Assembly: GCA_965226435.1 (NCBI GenBank)
Contig: CBDDCY010000012.1
Coordinates: 553,138-617,137, forward strand
Length of the DNA: 64,000 nucleotides
Direction: 5' to 3'
Source of the DNA: Bryobacterales bacterium
GTDB lineage: Bacteria > Acidobacteriota > Terriglobia > Bryobacterales > UBA6623
Shown: piece after piece, positions 20,277-28,985 of the stretch
Numbering within the stretch: the first letter of the stretch is position 1
Layout: each line of letters begins with the position of its first letter
Position numbers and translations under genes: made by a program
Notes under the pieces: generated by a model
The model's input: only the letters and a program-made list of their open reading frames with translations
Told to the model about the DNA's origin: nothing
Database searches by the model: none

Positions 20277-20329
20277 GAGGGCACGGCTTCAGAGGGTCGT
20301 TATTGTAGCGAGTCGCAAAGAGCCGCGGG

Positions 20330-21178
20330 CTACACCTCGTCCAAGCACGAAAGCCACCAGGGGTGCATGCCGTTGTATTGCAACTTTTCGGGGATATGCT
20401 CGAAACGGTCACAGGCCTGGGCGACTTCCTCTTTCGTGACGATCCCCTCTCGAATGGTCTCGAGCAAGGCGTCTTTCCAAACTCCCGTCAGAGGATGTTC
20501 CGGGTAGCGCCAGGGCTGCGTGCGTTGCCTCGTGTAGTGCAGCAGGCGCGTCTTCCCCGGCTCGTATTCGTTGAGGTGGTTCCAATAGTGCGTGATCTCT
20601 TGAGGACGAAACTTGAGCAGATACCCCACCTGGGCCGCGCCATACCGCTTGCGCTCCTCCTCTTGGGGGCCCGTCTTGATGAAGGTTCGGATTTCCTCGA
20701 CCGTGGGCCAGATCCCGCGGGCCTTCTCGCAATCGATCAGCATTACGGAAGCCTCGGGGTACCCCTTTCGATAGGTACACCACATGCAGCTTTCCTGATC
20801 GGGATATTGGCTGTCGATTTCCCAGGGTTCGCGAATATCACCGAAAACCATTTGGTCGGCATCGAGATAGATGGCCCAGCCCTGGTAGTCGCGGTACTCG
20901 GGGATGCGCCAGCGTTGAAACGAAAAGCCTGTCGCGGCGCCGAAGTCCCGAAGTTCCGGGCTATCGGTAAGGTGGTGAAATTCGATTTGCGCGGAATCCG
21001 CGGCGTGTTTGCGAATCGAATGCTCCAGAATTTTCCGAGGAATTTCGGCACACTCTTCGGTGCCGATGCAGACATGAATGGGCAATTCAACCACTCGCTT
21101 GGCCGCGCCCGCCGACTTCCGCCATTTTTTGATCAACGAGGAGAACACGGTAGAATTGTACCGTACAAAAACCAACAA
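20330..21178 (-). CDS. GT8-like glycosyltransferase
   Basis: DxD motif in IYLDADQMVFGDI, and LLHYTRQRTQPW resembling the GT8 C-terminal H..KPW region. 282 aa. It is the first gene of the minus-strand array. Confidence 0.55.
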   Translation of the reverse strand: MLVFVRYNSTVFSSLIKKWRKSAGAAKRVVELPIHVCIGTEECAEIPRKILEHSIRKHAADSAQIEFHHLTDSPELRDFGAATGFSFQRWRIPEYRDYQGWAIYLDADQMVFGDIREPWEIDSQYPDQESCMWCTYRKGYPEASVMLIDCEKARGIWPTVEEIRTFIKTGPQEEERKRYGAAQVGYLLKFRPQEITHYWNHLNEYEPGKTRLLHYTRQRTQPWRYPEHPLTGVWKDALLETIREGIVTKEEVAQACDRFEHIPEKLQYNGMHPWWLSCLDEV

Positions 21179-21396
21179 TTGAGCACGAAAACAACACTGT
21201 CACGCCGTCGCAACTCCGCGCGGCCGGCAGGTCGTGATTGGGCGGGTACGGCCGGAGTCGAAGGCGGCCCGCGCCGCGCCGCGGCCAAAGCAAACTATTA
21301 CCTTTGTCCTATGACCTTTCGGGAGTTGACGACGCGCCGAGGCGCAACCGGCGAGTCCGCCTGAAACCGCATGGTATTCTGTTGTTCATTGTTGTT

Positions 21397-22476
21397 ATGA
21401 ATTCGTGCATTTACTCCGGGTTTCAATGGCTGACACGCTCGGGAATTCAAAGATCGTCCGGCGGGACCTCACGCTTCTACCACACCGAGGCTGGCAAGTA
21501 CGCCAGCATTTCCACCGCCGCCACCAGCTACTTCGTCAGCGGCTTGCTGCAGAGCTCCGAAGTCGACCCGGACGCTGCTGTCGAATGCGCCCAGGCCGCG
21601 GGCCGCTTCTTGTTGGACCAAGCCTTCGACGAGGAAGCCGGTCTATTCCGTCACGAGGTGGTGGAAGAGGGAGACTTGCACCCTTGGTCCTATCTCCTCG
21701 ATTCAACCGCCGGCGTGCGGGCGTTGATCGACCTCTGGAAGGCGACCCAAGAGCCCGCTTATGCCGAGAAGGCCGAGCGTTGCGGGATTGCCATTAAGGA
21801 GAACCTATCCCGGATGGATGGGTCTTTCTTTCCGGTCTTTGACCTGGCGCGGCAAATGCCGTACGAAGCGGACGAGCCTTGGTGGCAGCAACCGGGGGTG
21901 TATCACCTCAAGTCGGCGCTGGCGTTCCGGGTGCTCGCCGATGCGGTGGGCTTACACGAGTTCAAGGCGATGTCGGATGATCTGTTGCAGTGGTGCCTCA
22001 AGCGGCATGAGGGCTTCGCCGAGCCCGAGTCGACCGCCGAAATGACGATGAGCCGTCTGCATGCCTATTGCTATTTCCTCGAAGGGCTGTTGCCCGAGGT
22101 GGGTCTGGAGCCCGACTGCAGCCGGGCGCTGCAATTTGGCATTCTCGAAATCAAAAACCTTTCCCAGGACGTGGGTCACGAGTTTCAGCGCTGCGACGTG
22201 CTGGCGCAACTGCTGCGTCTGCGTCTGTTCGCCGATCAGCTCGGGATCATGGAACTCGACCACCAGCAGGCGGGCAACGAAGCGGCCGCGATCGAAGAGT
22301 TTCAACGGCAATCCTCGACTCCCGAAATCGACGGCGGCTTCGCCTTCGCGCGGAAGGACAGCCAGCTGACGCCGGACGGAAACACGACGGCGACCATCTT
22401 TTCCCTGCAAGCCTTGCAAATGTGGGAACAAGCTTCCACCGGGACGTTCCGTCAAGGCTGGGAAACGCTTATCTAG
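21397..22476 (+). CDS. Hypothetical protein, possibly alpha/alpha-toroid (prenyltransferase/terpene-cyclase-like repeat) fold
   Basis: A clean 360-aa ORF from MNSCIYSGFQWL. The segment DGGFAFARKDSQLTPDGNTTATIFSLQALQMW resembles the DGGF...T..AL repeat of toroid proteins. No DxDD motif. Divergent from the GT8 gene. Confidence 0.4.
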   Translation: MNSCIYSGFQWLTRSGIQRSSGGTSRFYHTEAGKYASISTAATSYFVSGLLQSSEVDPDAAVECAQAAGRFLLDQAFDEEAGLFRHEVVEEGDLHPWSYLLDSTAGVRALIDLWKATQEPAYAEKAERCGIAIKENLSRMDGSFFPVFDLARQMPYEADEPWWQQPGVYHLKSALAFRVLADAVGLHEFKAMSDDLLQWCLKRHEGFAEPESTAEMTMSRLHAYCYFLEGLLPEVGLEPDCSRALQFGILEIKNLSQDVGHEFQRCDVLAQLLRLRLFADQLGIMELDHQQAGNEAAAIEEFQRQSSTPEIDGGFAFARKDSQLTPDGNTTATIFSLQALQMWEQASTGTFRQGWETLI

Positions 22477-22561
22477 CGCCCGTTCTTCTCACCGCCTGAC
22501 GGGCCAACCACACCTCGGGACCGCCACTTCGTTGCGCTTGCCCGCCACGCTCCCGATTCGC

Positions 22562-25012
22562 TTACTTGTTGCGGCCCTTGCCGTTGCCCGGTTTGTCGCC
22601 GCCACCGCCACCACCGCCGCCGCCGCCGCACTTCCCGAAGCCGGCCGAGATATCCATGCCGGTTGAGACGTTGACGGCACACGAAGTTTGCGCGGCGGGA
22701 TCGAGGCCGGCGCAGGCGCCGCCCCAGGAGAGCAGGCACTGCTTGTTCGCCGGTAGGGCCGTTACGGTGACGGTCTCGACCGGGCTTAGCGGATAGGTGT
22801 AGGTGCAATCGCCGCCGCAAGTCGCCGAGGGATTATCCAATTGGAATGATCCGCGGCCGCTGGTCTTGAAGACTCGCAAACTGACGGTCGGGGTCAAGAC
22901 GTTCAATGTGGCGGAATTCGAAACGTCGGAGAGCCCGGACGTTGTTTGTGTCGCGGTCACCGAGAGCCCCTGCGATGCCCCGCCGGCATCGGCCGCGGGT
23001 GTGATAGTCCAGGTGGCGCCGTCAGTCGCACCGGGTGCGATTCCCGTGATCGACGCCGCCAGGCTGGAGGTCCAACCAGCGGGCAGCGACGAGGGGGATA
23101 AGCTGAACGATTCGGGTGAACAGCCCTGGTTGTCGTGGTTAGTGACCGATACGCTGAAAGCCGCGGCCGAACCGGCGTCGGTACTCTGGCTCGAGGGCGA
23201 AAGCGTCAGGGTCGGGTCGGCGGGAATGCAGGCGATTGAACCGAACGTGACGCGGACTTCAAGGCGATTATCGCCGGTGAGCGAAAGGACCTCGATGGTC
23301 AAGTTACTGTAGGCGTCGCTCCAGGTCTCGCCGACGGCAAGCGCCGGGTCGCCAAAGGTTCCTGTTGCGGGGTGGAAGTCGAGCAGGTAGGTCTTGTGGC
23401 GGTGCGTACCCGAATCGTTGCGCGAGTCGTCGTAGCGAATCAAGGCGCCGCTCATGTCGGACGATGTGGTGGTCGTGGTGTCGAAATCGCCGCTGTTGTC
23501 GCGGTACTCAATCCACAGCCAGTTGTTGTTGGTCGTGTCGGTGCCGCGTTTGATCTTCAGCCCCTTTACTCCGGTGGCCGAGGATTCCGCCGGGTGCAAG
23601 TAAAACGTCCCGTTGGCATCGACCGTTTGCACGCTGTAGCTGCCCGAGTCGCTTGCGTACCAGCCCAGCTGGTTCTTTTGATAGGGCGTGAAATGACCTC
23701 TACTGCTGCCCATCACGGAGTACGGATCACCGTACTCACCGTGGCTGCCGCCGGTGGGATCGGGCGGACCCAATGGTTCGGCGCCAAAGTCGAGGGACCC
23801 CGAGTGGTGCAGCCACATGTTGTGGCCGACTTCGTGGGCGGCGACGCGAACGCCTTCGGCGCGGCTGTCCATTGCATTGGTGTGCAGCCAGGAATAGCCC
23901 GCCGGGGCGGAATTGTCGGGACGGGTGCCCCAGCAGCCGAGCGACCCGAGCCCATACCAGCACGAGGAGACTCCGGCCGGGGTGGGATGGACGAAGGCGA
24001 TGCGGTGATAGTTCTCGGGCACGAAACCGTCCGCGGAAGCCTTCTTGAGAGCGGCGTCGATGATTTGGTTGTAATCACCGGCGGCGGTCGAACAGCCGTA
24101 GGGGTTCGATTCGGGGGCGGGGTCCAATAGATAGGACGAACCGTCGAGCGGGTACACGTCCCCGGAAGCCGTGGTCGCCGAGGCGGTGTTGTAGGAGTTC
24201 TCGATGAAGTAGGTATTCACGGAGGCGGGCGCCGCGGAAAATCCGATGTCAAGTAGGCCTGGGCGTGTCACGTCCGTGGGGAATGGAGTGTCGGGGAACG
24301 TGATCATCAGAAACGCGATTTTCTGGTCGCCGGTCGTGTCGCTACAGGTGGCAGCAGCGGCCGAACTGGTGGTTTCCGTATCGACCCCGGCAATGGACCC
24401 TCCGGCGCGAACACCGGTCACGACTGCCTGGTCGCCGCTCTTGGCGTCGCCGGTTGCGTTGTCGGTGAAGTAGACCCGATACGATTCGCTGCCGACAACC
24501 AACTCGGTGACGGTGGTTTGCGTGTCGAGCGATTCCTGGTTGATGACGAGTTGTTGAAGCACTCCGCTCCAAGCGCCCTGCTCTTCCAGTAGGGCAGCCG
24601 AACTTGGGAAAGCGCCGCCAAGCTTCGTCAGTAAATCCTCGGAAAAGGCGTAGGACAAAGCGAGTTCAGGGTGCCTTTCGATCACGTACTCCAGGGCTTC
24701 AATCCGTGCCCCGAGAACTACGGCCGCGCGGCCTTGTAAAGCGGCTTGCTGCGCGGGGGAGGCGACGAGCTGTTCGCTCAGAATCTGAAGAACGGCGGAA
24801 TTGAGACTTCGCAGTTGCGCTTCTTCTTCCGCGACATGGTCGGCGGATAGGTTCGAAATCGCCGGACCGACCAGCACAAAAATGGCCCCAACAAGGACGG
24901 GGAGAGACGATACGACCTTGTTGATGATCCTGGTCGATAGGGGGCGCTGAGGCGATGAGACTTGTTTGAAACAAGCAGGCAAAAGGGCACTCATAACTCT
25001 GATCGTATTCAC
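22562..25012 (-). CDS. Secreted zinc metalloprotease (metzincin/gametolysin M11-like) with C-terminal beta-rich domains and a poly-Gly tail
   Basis: HEVGHNMWLHH fits HExxHxxxxxH. N-terminal signal-anchor. NEW3/CARDB-like segment (VTNHDNQGCSPESFSL). InlB-B-repeat-like Cys pattern. Ends with CGGGGGGGGGGDKPGNGKGRNK. Confidence 0.65.
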   Translation of the reverse strand: MNTIRVMSALLPACFKQVSSPQRPLSTRIINKVVSSLPVLVGAIFVLVGPAISNLSADHVAEEEAQLRSLNSAVLQILSEQLVASPAQQAALQGRAAVVLGARIEALEYVIERHPELALSYAFSEDLLTKLGGAFPSSAALLEEQGAWSGVLQQLVINQESLDTQTTVTELVVGSESYRVYFTDNATGDAKSGDQAVVTGVRAGGSIAGVDTETTSSAAAATCSDTTGDQKIAFLMITFPDTPFPTDVTRPGLLDIGFSAAPASVNTYFIENSYNTASATTASGDVYPLDGSSYLLDPAPESNPYGCSTAAGDYNQIIDAALKKASADGFVPENYHRIAFVHPTPAGVSSCWYGLGSLGCWGTRPDNSAPAGYSWLHTNAMDSRAEGVRVAAHEVGHNMWLHHSGSLDFGAEPLGPPDPTGGSHGEYGDPYSVMGSSRGHFTPYQKNQLGWYASDSGSYSVQTVDANGTFYLHPAESSATGVKGLKIKRGTDTTNNNWLWIEYRDNSGDFDTTTTTSSDMSGALIRYDDSRNDSGTHRHKTYLLDFHPATGTFGDPALAVGETWSDAYSNLTIEVLSLTGDNRLEVRVTFGSIACIPADPTLTLSPSSQSTDAGSAAAFSVSVTNHDNQGCSPESFSLSPSSLPAGWTSSLAASITGIAPGATDGATWTITPAADAGGASQGLSVTATQTTSGLSDVSNSATLNVLTPTVSLRVFKTSGRGSFQLDNPSATCGGDCTYTYPLSPVETVTVTALPANKQCLLSWGGACAGLDPAAQTSCAVNVSTGMDISAGFGKCGGGGGGGGGGDKPGNGKGRNK

Positions 25013-25282
25013 TTAAGTGGTTGAAAACAATGACCTGATTGTACTACAGCCCCCACGGGAAACGGCTTAGTGTAGTTCGGTACTCTGGCAATACGTCTGG
25101 GATTGCCGTGGGTGTATAGGACGAGAAGCCAGTAGGTGTTGAGCCCCGGCCCGGCTCGACGGCGCGTCTCGCGGTCGGCACCTATCCGGGGGTGGGGCAG
25201 TCGGGAGGGATGGGGTGGGCGGCGAAGATCGGGGCCTCGCCTCGGCGACGCGCGATCTACCCGGCAACAAAGGAGTTACGGG

Positions 25283-27124
25283 CTACCGCGCCGCCGTCCG
25301 AACTTTCTTGAGCAGGTCCCGCATGAAGGTGTCTTCAGGGAAAAGCTCGACGTATTTTTGCGTCGATTTGGCGGCTTCGCTGTACATCTTGAGGTTGATG
25401 TACTTTAGGGTTAGTTTCTTACGAAGCCTTGGATTAAAGGGAGATGCGTCGACGCCGGCGCGGAGAGTTTCGAGAGCTTCGAAATCGCGACCGGCGCGGG
25501 AAAAAGCTTCGGCGAGGTCTTCGAAGGTCGAGGCTGTTGACGACCCGGCATCGAGAGCCATCTCGAGATATTCGATCGTCTTGGGCGAGGGCGCGTCCCC
25601 TGCGTCGATCTTGGCCTTGCGGCCGAGCGCGGCCAGGACAAGCGCGTCGTCGGGGTGTTTTTCGGCGGCCTCGGCGAGCAAAGAGAGATATTTCGCGTTC
25701 AATTGCGGGTTCCTTGCCGAGAGTTCGCCGATGGCGCGGAAACGCGTGAGCAGGGGCAGCGATTCGGCGGCTTGTCCGGGCGGGCGGTTGACGTGGACGA
25801 GCTCGGGCAGGTCGGGGGTGGTTTTCTCAAAGGCCGCGTCGGGAAAAGGTTGGTCCTGGCGGCGGACGATGCGGTGATTCGTCAACGAAGAGTGCGAGAT
25901 GACCTCGACATCGCGTTGGGGCATGTGGCACCCGGAGCAGTTGTTGGCGGGCGATTGGCGCATACGCCGGTCGAGGGGCTGGGTGCAGCTTTCGTTGTCG
26001 TGGCACTGGAAACATTTCTCGCGATAGTGGGCGACTTTGGTTTCCGGCGTTGGCTGGTTGTGGATCTCGTGGCAAGTGAAGCAGCTTAGCTTGCCCGCGG
26101 TTTGGCGAAAGCAAGCGCTGAGTTCCATGGAAAATTGATGCTCGAGGAGATCGGATTCGCGGGGATTACCGCGTTCCATCGGGAGCTTGAAGATCGCCAG
26201 GGTATCGTTGAGGTGCGTGCCGGGACGGAAGTCTTGGTAGTTCTTGCCGGGTTGCAGGACCCGCGTGTCGCCGCCCTGATGGCAATTCATGCAGATGCCT
26301 TCGGCAATGCGCGCGGGCATTTTCAAGGGGTGAACGATAGTCGGGTCGAGAGCTTCGTCGGACTCGAGTTGCTCGAGGCGCTTGTCAACGTGCAGCTTGC
26401 CGGGCCCGTGGCAGTTTTCGCAACCGATGGCCAACTCCTCGAAAGGCGGGTCGCGAAAGAGGCCGTCGCGGTCTTTGACCGACATCGGGCGGCCGGCGTG
26501 GCAGACGATGCAACCGGCGCGAACCGGGCGGTTGAAACCGGCGTCGGCCAACTCGTAGCCGGGTGAGAGGTCCCACTTTTTGGCGCGCGAATAGAACGAG
26601 AGCGGAGCTTCAAACAAGTGATCGCCTCGGCGCACGATATAGGTGACGCCGTTGACGCCGGAGCCGACGGCGTATTCGACCTTGTGGATGTTTTCGAAGA
26701 TCTTCCGGCCGGATTTGGCGAGGGCGTATTCGGATTGATAGAGGGCTCCGTCTTCGCGGAAGACTTCGAAATAGCGGTCGAGTTTTTCGCTGCGAACGGT
26801 AATGCGCTCGGGGACGGGCGTGTGATGGGCGTCGGCCGCCGTCGCCATCGAACGACCCATCGCCATTTGGCGGTAGTTGTTGTAGACGTCTTCGTGGCAG
26901 CCTTGGCAGGCTTGGGAACCGACGTAGGGGACGTCGAGGGCGGTGTTGAGAAAGTTGGGCGGCGGGGAGGGCTTTTCGGCCCCATGCGCCGAGACGGCGA
27001 GGAGGAACAGGGCCGGGGCCAACCGAGCAGCAAGCGCGCTCGCGCGGCGAAAACTCCACCAACTCGCGGCGTGGGAGCGGCGCGAGACAGCGCAACTATC
27101 CGTCAATCTCACCGTACTCATCAT
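25283..27124 (-). CDS. Multiheme c-type cytochrome (7 CxxCH) fused to TPR repeats
   Basis: Heme motifs CQGCH, CIVCH, CENCH, CMNCH, CFTCH, CFQCH and CSGCH. Signal peptide. The C-terminal third is TPR-like (YLEMALDAGSSTASTFEDLAEAFSRAGR...). Confidence 0.85.
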   Translation of the reverse strand: MMSTVRLTDSCAVSRRSHAASWWSFRRASALAARLAPALFLLAVSAHGAEKPSPPPNFLNTALDVPYVGSQACQGCHEDVYNNYRQMAMGRSMATAADAHHTPVPERITVRSEKLDRYFEVFREDGALYQSEYALAKSGRKIFENIHKVEYAVGSGVNGVTYIVRRGDHLFEAPLSFYSRAKKWDLSPGYELADAGFNRPVRAGCIVCHAGRPMSVKDRDGLFRDPPFEELAIGCENCHGPGKLHVDKRLEQLESDEALDPTIVHPLKMPARIAEGICMNCHQGGDTRVLQPGKNYQDFRPGTHLNDTLAIFKLPMERGNPRESDLLEHQFSMELSACFRQTAGKLSCFTCHEIHNQPTPETKVAHYREKCFQCHDNESCTQPLDRRMRQSPANNCSGCHMPQRDVEVISHSSLTNHRIVRRQDQPFPDAAFEKTTPDLPELVHVNRPPGQAAESLPLLTRFRAIGELSARNPQLNAKYLSLLAEAAEKHPDDALVLAALGRKAKIDAGDAPSPKTIEYLEMALDAGSSTASTFEDLAEAFSRAGRDFEALETLRAGVDASPFNPRLRKKLTLKYINLKMYSEAAKSTQKYVELFPEDTFMRDLLKKVRTAAR

Positions 27125-27207
27125 CCGGTGTCGCCGCGCGTTGATGCAACCTGGGGTATTGCGTCACCAATCCCGCAACTTATCAATCGTTGGCGGCTAA
27201 ACGGGTA

Positions 27208-27336
27208 AGCCCGTTGAAACGGGCTGAAGGTTCGTGAGCCGCGTCACTAACCCGCCGTAAACGGCGGGCCTAACGGAACACAAAGCCGCGTGAACGCGGC
27301 TCAATGCACTCGTACGGGTCACTGACCTCGACCCGT
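27208..27336 (+). repeat. REP-like three-hairpin element (copy A) plus an extra hairpin
   Basis: Hairpins agcccgtTGAAacgggct (27208-27225), cccgccgTAAAcggcggg (27251-27268), agccgcgTGAAcgcggct (27284-27301) and acgggtc...gacccgt (27314-27336). The reverse complement aligns with 42857-42954. Confidence 0.75.
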
Positions 27337-27544
27337 GATCTTCAGATTGCTTTCCGGCGCCGCCTATAAGTTACGGTCTGACTGGCGCACTACACGAGGG
27401 CGGTGCAACCTCGCCCCGCCCGCGGCCGTCGTGCTGCCCCGCCGTGAACGACGACATTCGAGATGTTGAAGGGCGATGATAATGTCCCCTTGAGAGGGCG
27501 ATAGAAATGTCCCCTAATCTAAGGCTCCGAAGGAGGAGCCTAGA

Positions 27545-28825
27545 TTGGAGAGGACATGGATGAACGACAAGGAATTGAGACGGGGCGAGGTACTGGGCCG
27601 GGTGAAGCGAGGCGAGTTGAAGCTGAGCGAGGCGGCGCGGATACTCGATATCAGTTATCGCCAGACCAAGCGGATCTGGAGGCGCTACAGCGCGGGAGGG
27701 ACAAAAGCATTGAAGCACGGCAACGTGGGCCGGGTATCGAACCGCGCCAAGCCGGCGGAAGTTCGCAAGCGAGTGCTGCAACTGGTGCGCGAACACTACT
27801 CCGGCGAGCCGCACGAGCGCTTCGGGCCGACGCTGGCGGCCGAGCATTTGTGGACAGACCACGATCTGAAACTATCGGTGCGAACACTGCGGCTCTGGAT
27901 GCTCGCCGAGGGCCTGTGGAGCCGCCGCCGCAAGCGCCGGCCGCATCGCTCGCGGCGGCGGCGTAAAGCGCACTTGGGCGAGCTGATCCAGGTCGACGGT
28001 TCGCACCACGAGTGGCTCGAAGCGCGCGGGCGGAAAGGTTGCCTGATGAACTTCGTCGACGATGCGACCGGTCTGGCGCTGTGCCGTTTCTCGAGCGAGG
28101 AAACGACTTGGGCGGCGGCCGATCTGCTCGAAGCCTGGGTGCGTCAATACGGCGTTCCGAAGGCGTTGTATTGCGACTGGAAGAACGTCTACAAGCGCCG
28201 GCCAACGTCGCGTGAAGCGCTGGAAGGCATCGAGCCCGAGACGCAGTTCGGACGCATGTGCGCCAAGCTCGGCATTGGTATCATCGCCGCTTCGTCACCG
28301 CAAGCGAAGGGCCGCGTGGAGCGCCATCACGGCACCCATCAAGACCGCCTGATCAAGAAGATGCGGCTCAAAGGCATTGCCGATTACGAGGCGGCGAACC
28401 GCTATCTCGACGAGCAGTATCTGCCAGAGCACAACGCCAAGTTCGCCTCTGAGCCGTCAGCGGGAGCGGACTTTCATCGGCGCTTATCGAAGCGTTTGGA
28501 CTTGAAGTGGGTGTTTTGCTTGGAGGGAGAGCGGGTGGTGTCCAACGACCTGGTGGTACGTTTCGAGAACCGTTTTCCGCAGTTGAAACCGCAGCGCAAT
28601 CAGGCTCTGGGCGCAGGCGCGAGAGTAACCGTGCAGCAAGCGCGCGAGGGCGAGTTGCGGGTGGTGTTCGAGGGGAAAACGGTGGCGTTCGACGAGATCG
28701 CCAAGCCGCTCCCCAAGGTGCGGCCGGAGCCGAAACCGCGCCTGGCGCCGCAGCCGCGCACACCGCCGGCGAATCACCCTTGGCGCGCGCCGTTGAAGCC
28801 GAAAAAACGGGCGGCGACCGCGTGA
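27545..28825 (+). CDS. ISNCY-family (rve/DDE) transposase
   Basis: N-terminal HTH (LKLSEAARILDISYRQTKRIWRRY), then FGPTLAAEHL..., GELIQVDGSHHEWLE, and an rve core ending QAKGRVERHHGTHQDRL. A more likely start is MNDKELRRG at 27560. Confidence 0.8.
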   Translation: MERTWMNDKELRRGEVLGRVKRGELKLSEAARILDISYRQTKRIWRRYSAGGTKALKHGNVGRVSNRAKPAEVRKRVLQLVREHYSGEPHERFGPTLAAEHLWTDHDLKLSVRTLRLWMLAEGLWSRRRKRRPHRSRRRRKAHLGELIQVDGSHHEWLEARGRKGCLMNFVDDATGLALCRFSSEETTWAAADLLEAWVRQYGVPKALYCDWKNVYKRRPTSREALEGIEPETQFGRMCAKLGIGIIAASSPQAKGRVERHHGTHQDRLIKKMRLKGIADYEAANRYLDEQYLPEHNAKFASEPSAGADFHRRLSKRLDLKWVFCLEGERVVSNDLVVRFENRFPQLKPQRNQALGAGARVTVQQAREGELRVVFEGKTVAFDEIAKPLPKVRPEPKPRLAPQPRTPPANHPWRAPLKPKKRAATA

Positions 28826-28985
28826 AGAGGGCTGTGGAAATGACGGGGCCGTGGAAAACGAGGAAAACCCTCGGCAGCCGACGAGGAGCTTCGAACCTCA
28901 TCGCTCGGGTTTCCCACGTTTCCCCCAGCCCCTTGGAAATCGCTGTGCGATTCCCACATTCCCACAAGCCCCTACGACTACTATC
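28826..28985 (-). other. Conserved self-complementary non-coding module inside the IS (copy 1)
   Basis: Outer stem ctgtggaaatg (28832-28842) pairs with cattcccacaag (28957-28968). Hairpin 1: ggaaaacgaggaaaacc (28853-28869) with ggtttcccacgtttccc (28908-28924). Hairpin 2: ggaaatcgc (28935-28943) with gcgattccc (28947-28955). It is shared with 38812-38940. Strand is assigned because the A:C mismatches become G-U pairs on the minus strand. Confidence 0.55.

Noticed and set aside
20187-20507. ORFs running through the MITE copies (20187-20507, 46319-46684, 48811-49053, 48845-49126).
   Set aside because: They are generated by the repeat itself. The frame and strand differ between copies, and there is no coding signal outside the repeat.
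22590-22625. The GCC/ACC-rich trinucleotide-like repeat, considered as a microsatellite or CRISPR-like repeat.
   Set aside because: It is the in-frame coding sequence for the Gly10 tail of the protease on the minus strand. There is no spacer/repeat organisation.
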